Program-made: the position numbers and the translations under genes
Shown here: in pieces, positions 1 through 10,224 of the stretch
How positions within the stretch are numbered: the first letter of the stretch is position 1
Layout: every line of letters starts with the position of its first letter
Source: Polyangiaceae bacterium
GTDB taxonomy: Bacteria > Myxococcota_A > Polyangia > Polyangiales > Polyangiaceae
Length of the DNA: 64,000 nt
Direction: 5' to 3'
Assembly: GCA_044376115.1 (NCBI GenBank)
Contig: JBILLK010000040.1
Location: 1 to 64,000, forward strand
The notes under the pieces: model-generated
Told to the model about the DNA's origin: nothing
What the model saw: only the letters and a program-made list of their open reading frames with translations
The model's database searches: none

Positions 1-119
1 TCACGCGCGCGGTACTGTCAGTGCGCACGCGTCGGGTCCTCGTGGATCGCTTCACCTAGAACATGATCTGCGCGCTGTAGTCCTTCCGACATTGCGCGTC
101 CCTTGGCGGCGCTTCGAGA

Positions 120-395
120 CTACCTGATGCCGCCGATGGCAACGCCGACGGCGATGGGGGCGACGACGGCGGCTGTCGCCGCGAGGCTGACAGCCGAAGC
201 GTCGTTCAGCGAGAGCGTGGACGACAGCTTCTTCCGCGTCGGGTCATCGAAGGTTGTGACTGACTTGTTGACGGCAAAGTCGGCGACGTCACGCTCCATG
301 ACGAGAGACGTGGAATAGCACCCCGCAAAAGCGGAAGAGAGCAACATTAGCGCCCCCGAGCGAGCCGACGGCCTCGACTGGAGTGGCGCGCTCAT
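120..395 (-). CDS. Small hypothetical protein, possibly a lipoprotein fragment
   Basis: 91-aa ORF with a lipobox-like FAGC and a hydrophobic C-terminus; weak support. Confidence 0.25.
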   Translation of the reverse strand: MSAPLQSRPSARSGALMLLSSAFAGCYSTSLVMERDVADFAVNKSVTTFDDPTRKKLSSTLSLNDASAVSLAATAAVVAPIAVGVAIGGIR

Positions 396-591
396 ATCGA
401 GGACGGCTAGGCCGCTCTCTCCCGCCTGTCAAGCGCCCGGGGAACTCGAACCGCGATGCGCTCTTCGACCACGACAGTACCGTCCTGGCTCCGGAGCCGC
501 GGAAGAAGCCGGGTGGCTCGGCGCGGCCACGTGCACCACCGCGATCGACGTCAGGCCGGTGACCGCCGGAGGCTGCCGGGTCGAATGCTGT

Positions 592-1074
592 CTACCCTCC
601 CGAGGGTGGCCGCGGGAAATGACGGTGGCTCACGAGCCAAGGCACCGCGAGGGCGGGCAACGTCCACAGATCGGTAGGGTCCATCCAGAGGCGTACCGGG
701 CGCCAAGGCGCGAGCTCACCTCGAGGCAACGCGACGAGCTGTCGCAACGGCCATTGGAGCGCGCCGAGACCGTTTCTGTACGCCCAGGCGGCCGGGTCGA
801 AGATATTGATGGTCGCCATCGCGAGACCCGTCGCCACGAGCGCCCCTATCAAGAGCTCGCGGCGCGGCACGAACGAACGACCACCGCGTGACTGCCAGAG
901 CTCGACAACGCCAACGAACAAGGCGGGCACGACGACGAGGCATGCGACGTCGGAGAGCTTGCCGGTGAGCCAGCCAGGGCCGCGGCCTTTAAGCACGTGG
1001 TCGTTCACGAGCCACAGCGCCAAGGCGGCGAGGATGACGGGATGGCGTAGCAAGCGCACGGGCTTCCTCGTCAT
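592..1074 (-). CDS. Conserved-looking membrane protein
   Basis: ATG at 1074 after GGAGGAG; several TM segments; NDHVLK...GWLTGKLSD motif. Confidence 0.7.
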   Translation of the reverse strand: MTRKPVRLLRHPVILAALALWLVNDHVLKGRGPGWLTGKLSDVACLVVVPALFVGVVELWQSRGGRSFVPRRELLIGALVATGLAMATINIFDPAAWAYRNGLGALQWPLRQLVALPRGELAPWRPVRLWMDPTDLWTLPALAVPWLVSHRHFPRPPSGG

Positions 1075-1091
1075 TTGCTCCTCCCAGCGTC

Positions 1092-1579
1092 TCACTTCAC
1101 CGTGACCTTGAACTCGGCGTCGTCGCTGAAGCTCGGGTTGCTGATCGCACACCCCGCCTCGTCGTTCATGAGGCTCCCATCGACCTGGACGTCATATGCG
1201 CGGTCGGGCGGCGAAACGACGACCCGGAAGCTCTGCTCGCAGTCGCCCTCCTCGGGGCAGTCCTCGAGGCTGCCGATTCGCAGCTCGCTGGTCAGTAGCT
1301 GGTCGCTCGTGAAGATGACCGAGGCGGAGGGCATTCGTTCGACGGTCACGACGACCGGTTCGGGGCCGTCGGCCACCTCGATCGTGACGGCGACATCGAG
1401 CGCCGTCGCGTCGCAGCGCGCATCTTCGTTGATCCGCAGATCGATCATCGTCGCCTCGCCCGCCGGAGAGGCACGCCCCCCCTCGTCGGTCAGGTAGACC
1501 GGCTCAGGGCAGAGGTTGCAATCAACGCCAGCGACGCGGTGATGACCGCTACCCAGCTTACTCGTCTCGATCGTTCCAT
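1092..1579 (-). pseudogene. Secreted hypothetical protein with apparent frameshift near 1507-1510
   Basis: ATG 1579 encodes a signal-peptide-like MERSRRVSWVAVITASLALIATSA and then stops; one extra C in the CCC run would join it to the ORF ...PEPVYLTDEGG...FKVTVK. Confidence 0.5.
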
Positions 1580-1838
1580 GGCTGGCTTGCTCGCTTTTAC
1601 TCGTACAAGGTCCGCCACGGAAGACGGAGCGGGACTTCTGCACCAACACGGCAGAGATGGACGTCATGACACTCGTCGACGCGGTGCTCTCACTGGCCTG
1701 AAGAATGAGCGAGCAATGCAGGCCCGGGATGACGTTGGCCGTGGCGACGAAGCGGGGTCATGACCTGAACGCCGGCGCCGACGCTCAGCGGGAAGATTGA
1801 GGCTCGCAAGCTGTTACCGGCCTGCCGTGCCGACACAG

Positions 1839-2375
1839 TCAACCGCCCGGGGTGAACGAGATCGGGTAGACCACCTTCATCGCCGGCCCTTCGAAGCTGG
1901 GGAATTGCAGCTCCTTGGATTTGCCTGCGACGCAGCGGTGCAGCTCTTCCCCTGCGAGATCGGACTCGGCTCGCGCGTGCGACACCCGGCCGGTCTTCGG
2001 CTCGATGGTGAAGTGGACCGTGACGCGTCCCTGAAGATTGGGGCATGGTCGCAACGCAGCTTCGTAGCAGCTGCGGTAGCTCGCGAAGCCGCTCCTCACG
2101 ACCTTTTGAACCACCTCGGCGGGCAGCCCGGCCTTCTGCTTGCCGGCTGCCGCGAACGGGCTCGACGCTTGAACCGCGGGCCACTCTGCAGCTTGCTCGA
2201 GCGCGCTTCGTGCCGGTTGCTTCGGCGCGCGGCCGCAGCTGATCGAGCGTACGTCGACCTCCGCCGCAGAGCCGGGAAGCGCAGCGCTCTCGCTCACGAT
2301 CGCGACGCAGGCCAATAGCCAAGCGGCAAGGAGCAGGTTCCGCCGAAGGCGGACGCAGCAATTATTCAAAAACAC
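1839..2375 (-). CDS. AgmX/PglI C-terminal (TonB-C-like) domain protein
   Basis: VVRSGFASYRSCYEAAL...LQGRVTVHFTI...CV...LQFP...VVYPISF pattern; N-terminal signal/TM; start uncertain. Confidence 0.75.
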   Translation of the reverse strand: MFLNNCCVRLRRNLLLAAWLLACVAIVSESAALPGSAAEVDVRSISCGRAPKQPARSALEQAAEWPAVQASSPFAAAGKQKAGLPAEVVQKVVRSGFASYRSCYEAALRPCPNLQGRVTVHFTIEPKTGRVSHARAESDLAGEELHRCVAGKSKELQFPSFEGPAMKVVYPISFTPGG

Positions 2376-2419
2376 AGGCCCTAGACACCGCGGAACGAGC
2401 GTAGTTCCCCGCTTCTGGG

Positions 2420-3196
2420 CTACGGCCGCGGAGCTTCCTCCCCCGCAAAGGCCTGCTCATAGCCGCTTAGCTCGGTGCCGAACAGCCGGTCCCATAGGCG
2501 AGTAAAAAGGCCGTAGTTACCCGTGGAGCGTTGGTGATGCAGGGCATGAAAGGTTGCGCTGTTGCTCCAGCGCAACACAGGCACCTTCACCCACCAGCGC
2601 GGCAAGAGCTCATAGCCAAGGTGGGCCATAACGTTATTGGAGAGCCCCACCACCTGCACCACCGCAATCACCGGTAGCGGGATCGGCACCAGGAGCAACA
2701 CGGGTATCAACCACCCGGTAATCAGCACTGCCTCCAGCAGGTGAAACGAGTAACTCGTCAGCGGGTTCAGATCCACGCTGCGGTGATGCACCTTATGCAC
2801 GTGACGGAAGAGAAAGGGCGTATGGAGCGCGCGGTGCACGAGATAAAACCAAAGGTCATTGCCGATCGTCAGCAAGAAGACGGTCAGCAGCGCGCCGCCC
2901 ACGCCCCAACTACCTAGGTCCTCCGGGAGACGGACATACCCCAATCGTTGCAGCTGGGTGATAACCGCCAGTTGCACCGCACCAAACGCCAAGACCACCG
3001 CAGAATGCCCCACTTCGTGACGCAACTGCGCTCCGTCTAGCGCGCGCCCTTGCACCGGAATACGTCGCTTGGCGAGCAGCGCCGCCGCCCACTTGCGCGT
3101 CACCCAATACACGAGCCCTACGATTATAAAGTAGCTGGCCGCCTGCGTTAGATAGGTGGATACGAGCTGAACCAAGAGCTCCGCTTCCCAGCTCAT
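2420..3196 (-). CDS. Sterol desaturase / fatty acid hydroxylase family protein
   Basis: His boxes HRALH, HKVHH and HALHH; NYG motif; TM helices. Confidence 0.9.
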   Translation of the reverse strand: MSWEAELLVQLVSTYLTQAASYFIIVGLVYWVTRKWAAALLAKRRIPVQGRALDGAQLRHEVGHSAVVLAFGAVQLAVITQLQRLGYVRLPEDLGSWGVGGALLTVFLLTIGNDLWFYLVHRALHTPFLFRHVHKVHHRSVDLNPLTSYSFHLLEAVLITGWLIPVLLLVPIPLPVIAVVQVVGLSNNVMAHLGYELLPRWWVKVPVLRWSNSATFHALHHQRSTGNYGLFTRLWDRLFGTELSGYEQAFAGEEAPRP

Positions 3197-3299
3197 CGGC
3201 TGGCCTCGATGCACGCTATAAACCGTGACGACGCGCAGAGCAGCTGAACCGCAAAGGGGCGACTGGCGAACCTCATGCGTGTTCTTTAGCAACCCCGCC

Positions 3300-3330
3300 C
3301 AAGCATTGCAACCACTAGTTGCAATGCTTG
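3300..3330. promoter_or_regulatory. Perfect 13-bp inverted repeat (operator or terminator)
   Basis: CAAGCATTGCAAC-cacta-GTTGCAATGCTTG between the MBL stop and the desaturase start. Confidence 0.55.
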
Positions 3331-3331
3331 C

Positions 3332-4138
3332 CTATGGCGTGACCGCCTGGTCGAGGGCGCGCCCAACGCTCCCCCGTTCGAGCCAGGGTTCACCGTGGGC
3401 CGGCAACAACAGCGCGTCGCGGTGCCGCGCCAACGCCGAGAGCCCCGCTAGCGCCTCCGCGTCGTTCCGATCATCCTCGGCGAAGACCACCGCACCGCTC
3501 GTTCCGAACATCGGGTCCAGCGTCATCAGCGCATCCCCGCTGAACAAGGCCCCACTCTGCGGGTGGTACAACGCGCAGCTGCCTGCGTTGTGCCCGGGGA
3601 CCTGCACCACCTGCAGCTGGCCCGGTACGTCCAGCACGTCACCGTCGGCGAAGAGCAGCGGTGAAGCGAGCGGTGGCTGCGTCAGCACGCCGTCCAGCAC
3701 CGCTTCGGCGAAAAGACTGAGCGCCCGAGGCCGCCACAAGCGCCGCCACAACCGCGCCGGCGGCCGAACCACGTTGGGATGCGTGGCGAACGCGCGATCC
3801 GCCTGGTGCAGGTGCACCGGCACACCCAGCGCAGCCAGGTCCTGCGCGAAGCCGATGTGATCGGCGTGGCCGTGGGTCAACACGATCGCCTCGATGTCGC
3901 CGACCGAGCGCCCCGTCTCCGCGAGCCACGCACGCAAGTAGCGCCAGTGACCGCGAAAGCCACAGTCGACGAGGGTGACCGAACGACCTTCTGTGAGCGC
4001 GAAGAAGTTCACTCGCTGGCTGCCCAGCAGCGTGATGCCCGGGAGCACCTGCTGAGGCTCACGAGCGGTCGCAAAGCGATTCGAAGGGCGAATGGGCAGG
4101 TGCGGCAGAGGGCTAGCTTCCATTATGGAAGCTATCAT
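3332..4138 (-). CDS. MBL-fold metallo-hydrolase
   Basis: THGHADHIG, PGHNAGS and SGDA motifs, PAHG; start at 4138 or 4123. Confidence 0.9.
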   Translation of the reverse strand: MIASIMEASPLPHLPIRPSNRFATAREPQQVLPGITLLGSQRVNFFALTEGRSVTLVDCGFRGHWRYLRAWLAETGRSVGDIEAIVLTHGHADHIGFAQDLAALGVPVHLHQADRAFATHPNVVRPPARLWRRLWRPRALSLFAEAVLDGVLTQPPLASPLLFADGDVLDVPGQLQVVQVPGHNAGSCALYHPQSGALFSGDALMTLDPMFGTSGAVVFAEDDRNDAEALAGLSALARHRDALLLPAHGEPWLERGSVGRALDQAVTP

Positions 4139-4177
4139 GAAACTTCTGAAGCGGAAGTCAAGTGCTACGCTTTCTTG

Positions 4178-4552
4178 GTGATCCCCGACTCCCACCAACA
4201 CTGCCCCGCAGGCCACGCGCTCGCGCTCCTGGGCGACCGCTGGTCCTTGATGATCGTGCGTGAAGCCCTGCGCGGCGCTGAGCGCTTCGACGCCTTCCGC
4301 CAAAGCCTGGCCATCTCCGAGCACACGCTGAGTCGCAAACTCACGCATCTGCAGGAGGTCGGGGTGCTCACCCGCGCACAAGACGGCAGCTACGCGCTCA
4401 CCGAGGCTGGGGAAGACCTGGCCCAAGTGCTCGCGGTATTGGGCCACTGGGGCCAACGTTGGCTGCCCATCGAGCAACCAGCGCTAGCGCCGCCTCCCGC
4501 TGTGATGGCCGCGGCGGTCAGCCTCGGGCTCGCCCCAGCGAAGCGCAAGTAG
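4178..4552 (+). CDS. HxlR-family winged-helix regulator
   Basis: CPAGHALALLGDRWSLMIVRE...RFDAFRQSL...YALTEAG; divergent from the MBL gene; ACTTC-N7-GAAGT palindrome at 4142-4158. Confidence 0.88.
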   Translation: MIPDSHQHCPAGHALALLGDRWSLMIVREALRGAERFDAFRQSLAISEHTLSRKLTHLQEVGVLTRAQDGSYALTEAGEDLAQVLAVLGHWGQRWLPIEQPALAPPPAVMAAAVSLGLAPAKRK

Positions 4553-4627
4553 GCTCCGCGATCGAAGCGGCCGAAGACACGCCGCAAGGCTCGACGAACC
4601 ACGCTGGACAAGCTACGCCTCCCCCTT

Positions 4628-5272
4628 GTGACTGCTGCACAACGTCGGGATCTCGGTCGGCCACGGGGCAAGCCCATTGAGCGGCAGATCCTCGAGGAGA
4701 CGCTGCGTGAGCTGGCCGAGCACGGGGTCAGTGGGCTGAGCATTCCGCGCATCGCGGAGGCCGCGCAGGTCAACAAGACCAGCATCTATCGGCGTTGGCC
4801 GACGAAGGAGGAGCTGGTCGCGGCCGCGCTAGAGGAGACGCTGCGCAGCACAGCCGGCGAGCTGCGCGACACTGGCTCCCTGCGCGGCGATCTCGAGCAA
4901 ATGCTCAGCGTTGTAGCCGCTCAGCTCGGCTCCCCGAGCGGGCGCGCGCTGCTCGTCGCGAGTATGTCGGAGGCCGCCGCCGCCGCGGTAGGCGAGCTCT
5001 CTGGAGACCCGATGGTCCGCAGACAAGAGGCCGCGGTCGGGCTGGTGATGCGTGCCGCCGAACGCGGGGAATGGGACGTCGAGCGCTACCTCCCGGACGC
5101 TGTGTTCGCCATGTTGACCGGCAGCGCGATGCACCGCCTCCTGCTCGAGCGTCAGCCTCTCACCGAGGCCTGGAGTCGCTCGGTCGTCGAGGTGCTGGTA
5201 CGCGGCGTCCGGCCCGAAAAGGCCAAGGCCAAGGCCAAGGCCCCCGCACCGCGCGCCAAGCGCTCCCGCTAG
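4628..5272 (+). CDS. TetR/AcrR-family regulator
   Basis: GRPR...LSIPRIAEAAQVNKTSIYRRWPTKEEL HTH; DTGSLRGDL C-domain. Confidence 0.92.
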   Translation: MTAAQRRDLGRPRGKPIERQILEETLRELAEHGVSGLSIPRIAEAAQVNKTSIYRRWPTKEELVAAALEETLRSTAGELRDTGSLRGDLEQMLSVVAAQLGSPSGRALLVASMSEAAAAAVGELSGDPMVRRQEAAVGLVMRAAERGEWDVERYLPDAVFAMLTGSAMHRLLLERQPLTEAWSRSVVEVLVRGVRPEKAKAKAKAPAPRAKRSR

Positions 5273-6658
5273 CGTCCGCCACGGAGCCTTCGCTCGACTG
5301 GACGCGGTCGGTCGCCGCATTTACCGTTTCATCGATGTCCCACGAAGACGACGACGCGATCGAAGAGGACCACGCGAACGACGAACAGGGCGACGAAGAC
5401 GACGAGATCGAGTTCGGGAGCGTCTTCGAGGACGGCGTTCCAGCGGGTGCGCTCGCACGGGTGAGCGCGGGGCTCTTCGCGGGTGCGGTCTCGAGCGCGC
5501 TGATGCCGCTCGCTTACGGCCTCGACGAGTGCATGTTCAAGGGCGACCGCGCGCGCGGGACGTATTGGCTCTCGAATGGTCAGGGGGATTTTGCGGTGTA
5601 TGTCTGGGCCCCTGAGGGCCTGGTCGTGACCACGTTCAACCACGAAATGAACCCCCACTACGACACCCCCTGGGAAGAGCGTCGGCCGCTCCGCTACTTG
5701 CGAGGTCTTCCCTCTGCACTGCGCGAGCTCGCCGCCGCGGCGATCGAGGCGGCTCAGCACGACGTCGCGAGCGGCATCTGGATGACGGAGACGGACGCCC
5801 GGTACGGCACTTCCTTCGGCGACGACCAGCTCGAGGCGGCGCTGGGGTGGGTGCGTGATCTCGCGGGTGCGGACCCCGAGCCGAACGAACTCTTCGCGAG
5901 GATCGCTGCCTCAGGCCGAGTCGACCCGGATGACGCTTCGGAGATCTTCTCGGCGACAGACACAGACCAGGAGGAGCCCCGCATCGGTTCGCGTGCGTCG
6001 CGGCCCTGGTGGGGGGAAGATCTCCTGCGGACGAAGGCCAAGCTCGCTGCCCTCGGCATCGCCTGGGATGATCCCGCCGCAGACTGGGAGCAGTACAGGT
6101 CGCGTCCGTGATCCTCCGTCTGGGTCGCCAGACGGGCGGACGGCGCAACGAAGTGCATTCGGTCCTGCCCGTAAGCTAACCTCCGGAGCCCAAGGGCTGG
6201 TGATACCGCATTCTTCTTCTGCCTTACCCACGGCGAAGCCGATGCCGTAGCTTCGCTCGCGCGGCAGGCGCTCGTAACCGTAGCGGAAGACCCGTGGGAG
6301 GCTTCTTGGATATTGGAGCTTTTGGCTGCCAAGGACGTCGGGACGCCGGGGCACGGCGCAGGCATGAGCGTCTGCGGGACTGTGAGCAAGTTTCCCGACG
6401 AGAAGGGCATTCTGGCTGCTCTTTCGCCGTTCTTGCTCGAGGTTTTTCGCGCACACCCGAATGGTCGCGCCGTCTTGTGGATGGAATCCTACGAAGCGGA
6501 GGGCGGTGCGGCCGTAACTGAGATCTTCGCGACCGACGAAGAGCTGCGCTCAGTTGGTACCGAGCACCGGCTTGAAACCCGGCGCCACTTTCTCGACAAC
6601 GGCACACGACTAGAACCCGGCGCGCCCCCCCGCACCGCGCGCCAAGCGCTCCCGTTAG
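5241..6658 (+). repeat. 32-bp direct repeat pair (5241-5272 and 6627-6658)
   Basis: CCCCCGCACCGCGCGCCAAGCGCTCCCG(C/T)TAG, 31/32 identical; copy 1 is the 3' end of the TetR gene. Confidence 0.85.
5335..6111 (+). CDS. Hypothetical protein, apparent paralog of 37347-38024
   Basis: ATG 5335; acidic N-terminus; NGQGD...W.PEG.VV...HE block shared with the 37.3-kb ORF. Confidence 0.7.
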   Translation: MSHEDDDAIEEDHANDEQGDEDDEIEFGSVFEDGVPAGALARVSAGLFAGAVSSALMPLAYGLDECMFKGDRARGTYWLSNGQGDFAVYVWAPEGLVVTTFNHEMNPHYDTPWEERRPLRYLRGLPSALRELAAAAIEAAQHDVASGIWMTETDARYGTSFGDDQLEAALGWVRDLAGADPEPNELFARIAASGRVDPDDASEIFSATDTDQEEPRIGSRASRPWWGEDLLRTKAKLAALGIAWDDPAADWEQYRSRP

Positions 6659-6972
6659 AAGTCCTCGGTCTCGTCGATCGGCGGATCGGTCAAGCCGGCG
6701 ATGCACTCGCTCAACGCGCGGTGGGCCGCCGGATCGGAGCCATCGTAGGCGGAACACGGAGCCGCCTCCACGCAGTCGGCTTGGCGTTCGAGAGCGAGCG
6801 CGTCTTCCTCGCTGCAGAGCATGTTGTAGTCCTCGCGCTGGGTGTCGGGAACGTTGGCGCAAGTGAACTTAGCCTCGTGAATGCGCTCGAGCGCCTCATC
6901 GCAAGGCGTTGGCTCACAACCGGCAGCCGCGACCACGAACAGCAGCAAAGCGACCTTCGCGAACGATCTCAC
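6655..6972 (-). CDS. Cys-rich lipoprotein
   Basis: MRSFAKVALLLFVVAAAGC lipobox; multiple Cys. Confidence 0.75.
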   Translation of the reverse strand: MRSFAKVALLLFVVAAAGCEPTPCDEALERIHEAKFTCANVPDTQREDYNMLCSEEDALALERQADCVEAAPCSAYDGSDPAAHRALSECIAGLTDPPIDETEDF

Positions 6973-7436
6973 AAGCCACCTCCTTGACCGCCGGCACCGT
7001 CAGCGTTCGGCTCGAAGTCCTTCTCCGCGACGACCACGATGGGCACATCCACGCTCTCCACGATGCCCACCAACGTCAGCGTCACCAGGGCGACCCCCGG
7101 GGCTCGAGCGGTGATGGCGATGGTGTTGTTTGGACCGGAAAAGACGTCTGCGACCTCCGGGTTGTTGCTCACCATCGTCCAAAAACCATCCAGCTCTTCA
7201 AGTTGGTTCTCGTCCTCCAGCGTGAACGCATCGAAGTCCACCGAAACGTCGGCGGCCTCCTTGATCACGAGCCCCTGCGAGCCTTCGAACACGTCCGGTC
7301 GCCCGCTCTCGATCGGCTTCCAATTGCAGTTCTCCGCACCCTCCACGACTTGACCTTCCAAGCTGTCGATTTGCGTCCGCGCATCGCATGCAGCCAGCGC
7401 GAGCAACGCACTCGCGAGTAACTTCACACCCTTCAT
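6969..7436 (-). CDS. Lipoprotein
   Basis: MKGVKLLASALLALAAC lipobox; 4-bp overlap with the downstream gene. Confidence 0.75.
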   Translation of the reverse strand: MKGVKLLASALLALAACDARTQIDSLEGQVVEGAENCNWKPIESGRPDVFEGSQGLVIKEAADVSVDFDAFTLEDENQLEELDGFWTMVSNNPEVADVFSGPNNTIAITARAPGVALVTLTLVGIVESVDVPIVVVAEKDFEPNADGAGGQGGGL

Positions 7437-7594
7437 GCACCCAACTTTTGCCAATCTTTTCATCGTTTTTCGACCGCCACGTTAGCAGCAGATACGGCCG
7501 AGTTCGCGTTCAGCTTCCTGGGCCGAGCACGTTCCTGTCGCGGCCGCGACTCGGGCGCTGCTCGGGGCGCAATGCGTAGTAACGTTCGCTCCTC

Positions 7595-8044
7595 ATGGCT
7601 CGAACCCATCGCGATGTGCAGCTCGCCGTGCTCCCGCCCGACGCCTGGATGTTGGCGCGCAACTCCGGCAGCGAGATCCCGAGCTTCCGACTGACCGGCG
7701 CCGATCCAGCGAGTTTGCGGCTGCGCTTCGATCGCGGCTTTGGCTGGTCCAACCCGATCGATGTCAACGTCACCATCTGGCAATCCGGGCCTGCACACAG
7801 CACGCTTCGCTACGAGGCGAGCTTGCTCGCCCTGGCCGACCCGTTCGACTTCATGGGCAAGAACCTCGAGCGCTTCGAGCAGCACCTGCACGCGCACTGT
7901 TACGCGTGGATGAACGGCGTGGCGCCTCCCCCGCCCCCCGTCGACAAGCACAGCGTCAAGGTGAACCTCATCATCATCGGCGTGGTGTTCGGCGTGCTGT
8001 TTCTCTTCGTCTTGGTGTTCGTGGCAGCGATGCTCGCGCGGTAG
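7595..8044 (+). CDS. Hypothetical membrane protein
   Basis: Pro-rich linker and C-terminal TM helix; coding-like codon usage. Confidence 0.65.
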   Translation: MARTHRDVQLAVLPPDAWMLARNSGSEIPSFRLTGADPASLRLRFDRGFGWSNPIDVNVTIWQSGPAHSTLRYEASLLALADPFDFMGKNLERFEQHLHAHCYAWMNGVAPPPPPVDKHSVKVNLIIIGVVFGVLFLFVLVFVAAMLAR

Positions 8045-8063
8045 CAGCGCCGTAGGCCGCGCT

Positions 8064-8549
8064 TCAGCTCGGCAGCCCGGTCGCGGCGCGCTGCGCGAGC
8101 CCTTCGAGCCAGCGCTGGTGCCAAGCGAGCAGCTGCCTTCTCAGGATGAAGCCGCCGACGGTCGGTACGAGCCCACGTTGAACCTCTTCGGTCACCACGC
8201 GACAGCGCTTGGCGCCCCGCGGCTCGAGGACCCAGCCGTGATAACCGCGGCCACCGGTCGCCACCCCTGACCACGCCAGACGCTCACCGGGGATGAACTC
8301 CTCGATTACGGTGCGCACGCGGAAACCGAAGGTGATCCAATCAAAGCGCGAACCGTGCGTTAGGTCGGGCCCAGGCGTCGCGCGGTCAAAACGCAGGTCG
8401 CGACAGTTGCCGTACCACTCGGGCCAGCGGCTCGCGCGCACCAACCAGGCCCATACCTGCTCGCGTGGAGCTTCGATCAAAAGCTCATTGTGGGTAAAGA
8501 GCGGGCCGCGCGAAGGCTCGAAATGCGGCGGAAAAAGCACCTCGCTCAT
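8064..8549 (-). CDS. SRPBCC (polyketide cyclase-like) domain protein
   Basis: IEAPREQVWAWL...WPEWY...RLAWSG...WLEGL. Confidence 0.85.
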   Translation of the reverse strand: MSEVLFPPHFEPSRGPLFTHNELLIEAPREQVWAWLVRASRWPEWYGNCRDLRFDRATPGPDLTHGSRFDWITFGFRVRTVIEEFIPGERLAWSGVATGGRGYHGWVLEPRGAKRCRVVTEEVQRGLVPTVGGFILRRQLLAWHQRWLEGLAQRAATGLPS

Positions 8550-9574
8550 GCCTCGATCTCCATCCCGGGCAGGCTCGCGACGAAGTCCGGCCCGAGCACC
8601 TTGGAGGGCGTCGCATGCCCTGCAAGGGCAGCGCCCTCGAGCACCCTTGCAGCCACCGCGACCGCGCTCGCGATCGTCACCTCGTAAGCCTCCGGGCCGC
8701 GGATCGTCACCCTCGCGCTGCGGGTGCCATCGCTCGCCTCAGCGACGACGAAGGTCGCACCGCGCTCCCGTTCGGCGGTGGAGGGCCCCTCCGGAGCGCT
8801 CGCGATCATCGCCCGCACCAGCGCCTTCCCCAGCCCGGTATCGAGGAACCAGCCGAGCTTCATCAGCAGCCGCGCGGCGAAGGGAAAGGTCGAATACGTC
8901 TCGATCGTGGGTACGCCGGTGCTCGCAAATGCAGCCACGAGATCGGCACGCCACGGGTTCGTTACGACGCTGCTGGGCCCCGCGCCGAGATCCATGCGCC
9001 GCGTTTGCTCCCCTGGCCGTGCGGGCACCAGTACGCCTCGCGAGCGCTTGACGCCGGTGCGATGGATCGACGGGAGCACGGTGCGTAACGTGCCCTTCGA
9101 CGCACCGCCGCGGGTGTCGTACGCGATCACCAACGAGGTCGCGTTTGGGACCTTTTGCGCTGCCAGCGCTGCCGCGCAGTCGGTCGGGACGACCCCGAAG
9201 CCGACGCCGGGCATCGCCATCACGCCGCGCTCGCGGAGCTCGGCATCGCGCGCTGCAACCAGCCCGTGCTCCTCGGCCTCACCGGCCAGATCGAGATAGT
9301 GCGCGCCCGTTTGCAAACACGCACCCAGCAGTGGAGGCAACGTATGAATGAACGGCCCGGCGCAATTCAGCAGCACGCTCACGCCGCGCAACTCCGCGGC
9401 TGCACGGTCGGCGTCCTCCAGCCCGAAGCTGCGGGACTCACAGCCAAGCTCGCGCGCGAGCGCCCCCAGCCGTGCGCCGTCACGCCCTGCGATGACCAGC
9501 GGGAGCCCTCGACGCCGCGCCTCCCGCGCGATCAACCCGCCGGTGTATCCTGCTGCACCGTAGATCATCAACAT
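8546..9574 (-). CDS. Saccharopine dehydrogenase family oxidoreductase
   Basis: IYGAAGYTG Rossmann motif, NCAGPF, YLDLAGE, GFGVVPTD. Confidence 0.9.
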   Translation of the reverse strand: MLMIYGAAGYTGGLIAREARRRGLPLVIAGRDGARLGALARELGCESRSFGLEDADRAAAELRGVSVLLNCAGPFIHTLPPLLGACLQTGAHYLDLAGEAEEHGLVAARDAELRERGVMAMPGVGFGVVPTDCAAALAAQKVPNATSLVIAYDTRGGASKGTLRTVLPSIHRTGVKRSRGVLVPARPGEQTRRMDLGAGPSSVVTNPWRADLVAAFASTGVPTIETYSTFPFAARLLMKLGWFLDTGLGKALVRAMIASAPEGPSTAERERGATFVVAEASDGTRSARVTIRGPEAYEVTIASAVAVAARVLEGAALAGHATPSKVLGPDFVASLPGMEIEA

Positions 9575-9603
9575 AGACGGACCATACGATTTTCGTCTCA
9601 TTC

Positions 9604-9621
9604 GTTCAATGCCCATTGAAC
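9604..9621. promoter_or_regulatory. Palindromic operator candidate
   Basis: GTTCAATG-cc-CATTGAAC between the divergent oxidoreductase and TetR genes. Confidence 0.5.
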
Positions 9622-9633
9622 ACGGATTTATCC

Positions 9634-10200
9634 ATGAAGCGCCCCCGCAGCTCCGATCTCCCTGAGCCCGCTGCCTCCGCCAGCAAACGCGATCTGCTAG
9701 TGAACGCCGCAGAGGAGTTGTTCCGCCGCAATGGGGTGCGCGGGACCACGATGGAGGCCATCGCTGCCGAGGCCGGCGTTGCCAAGGCCACCGCCTATGC
9801 CAGCTTTCGCAACAAGGACGACGTCTTCCGCGCCGTGTGCGAGCACTTTGCAGCGCGCCTCGATGCTCGAATTGCGGCGGCAAGCGAGAGCAAGCTCACC
9901 ATCGAGGCGCTGCTCGAGGCGAAGTACGGCCTCACCTACGAGCTCGTCCACAGCTCACCGCATGCGGCGGATCTGCTCGCCACCAAAGATCGAGTGGCCG
10001 CCTCCATCCTGGCCGAGGCCGACAGCCGCTTCCGCGAAGCGCTGCGGCTCGCGCTGATCGAGACCGGAATGGCCGCTCGAGAGGCCCGCGAGGTGGCCCT
10101 CTTGCTCGAGAACGCGACCTACGGACTCGCCGCTCGCGCCGAGAGTGCCGCGCAGCTGAAGAGCCAAATGGCCCGCCTCGCGCGCGCGCTGATTAGCTAG
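9634..10200 (+). CDS. TetR/AcrR-family regulator
   Basis: TTMEAIAAEAGVAKATAYASFRNKDDVF HTH. Confidence 0.9.
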   Translation: MKRPRSSDLPEPAASASKRDLLVNAAEELFRRNGVRGTTMEAIAAEAGVAKATAYASFRNKDDVFRAVCEHFAARLDARIAAASESKLTIEALLEAKYGLTYELVHSSPHAADLLATKDRVAASILAEADSRFREALRLALIETGMAAREAREVALLLENATYGLAARAESAAQLKSQMARLARALIS

Positions 10201-10224
10201 ACGGCGCGGTAGCTTGCTCCTTCG

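Noticed and set aside
5221..5240. GGCCAA tandem repeat as a phase-variation tract
   Set aside because: Only ~3 in-frame hexamers encoding a KAKAKA tail
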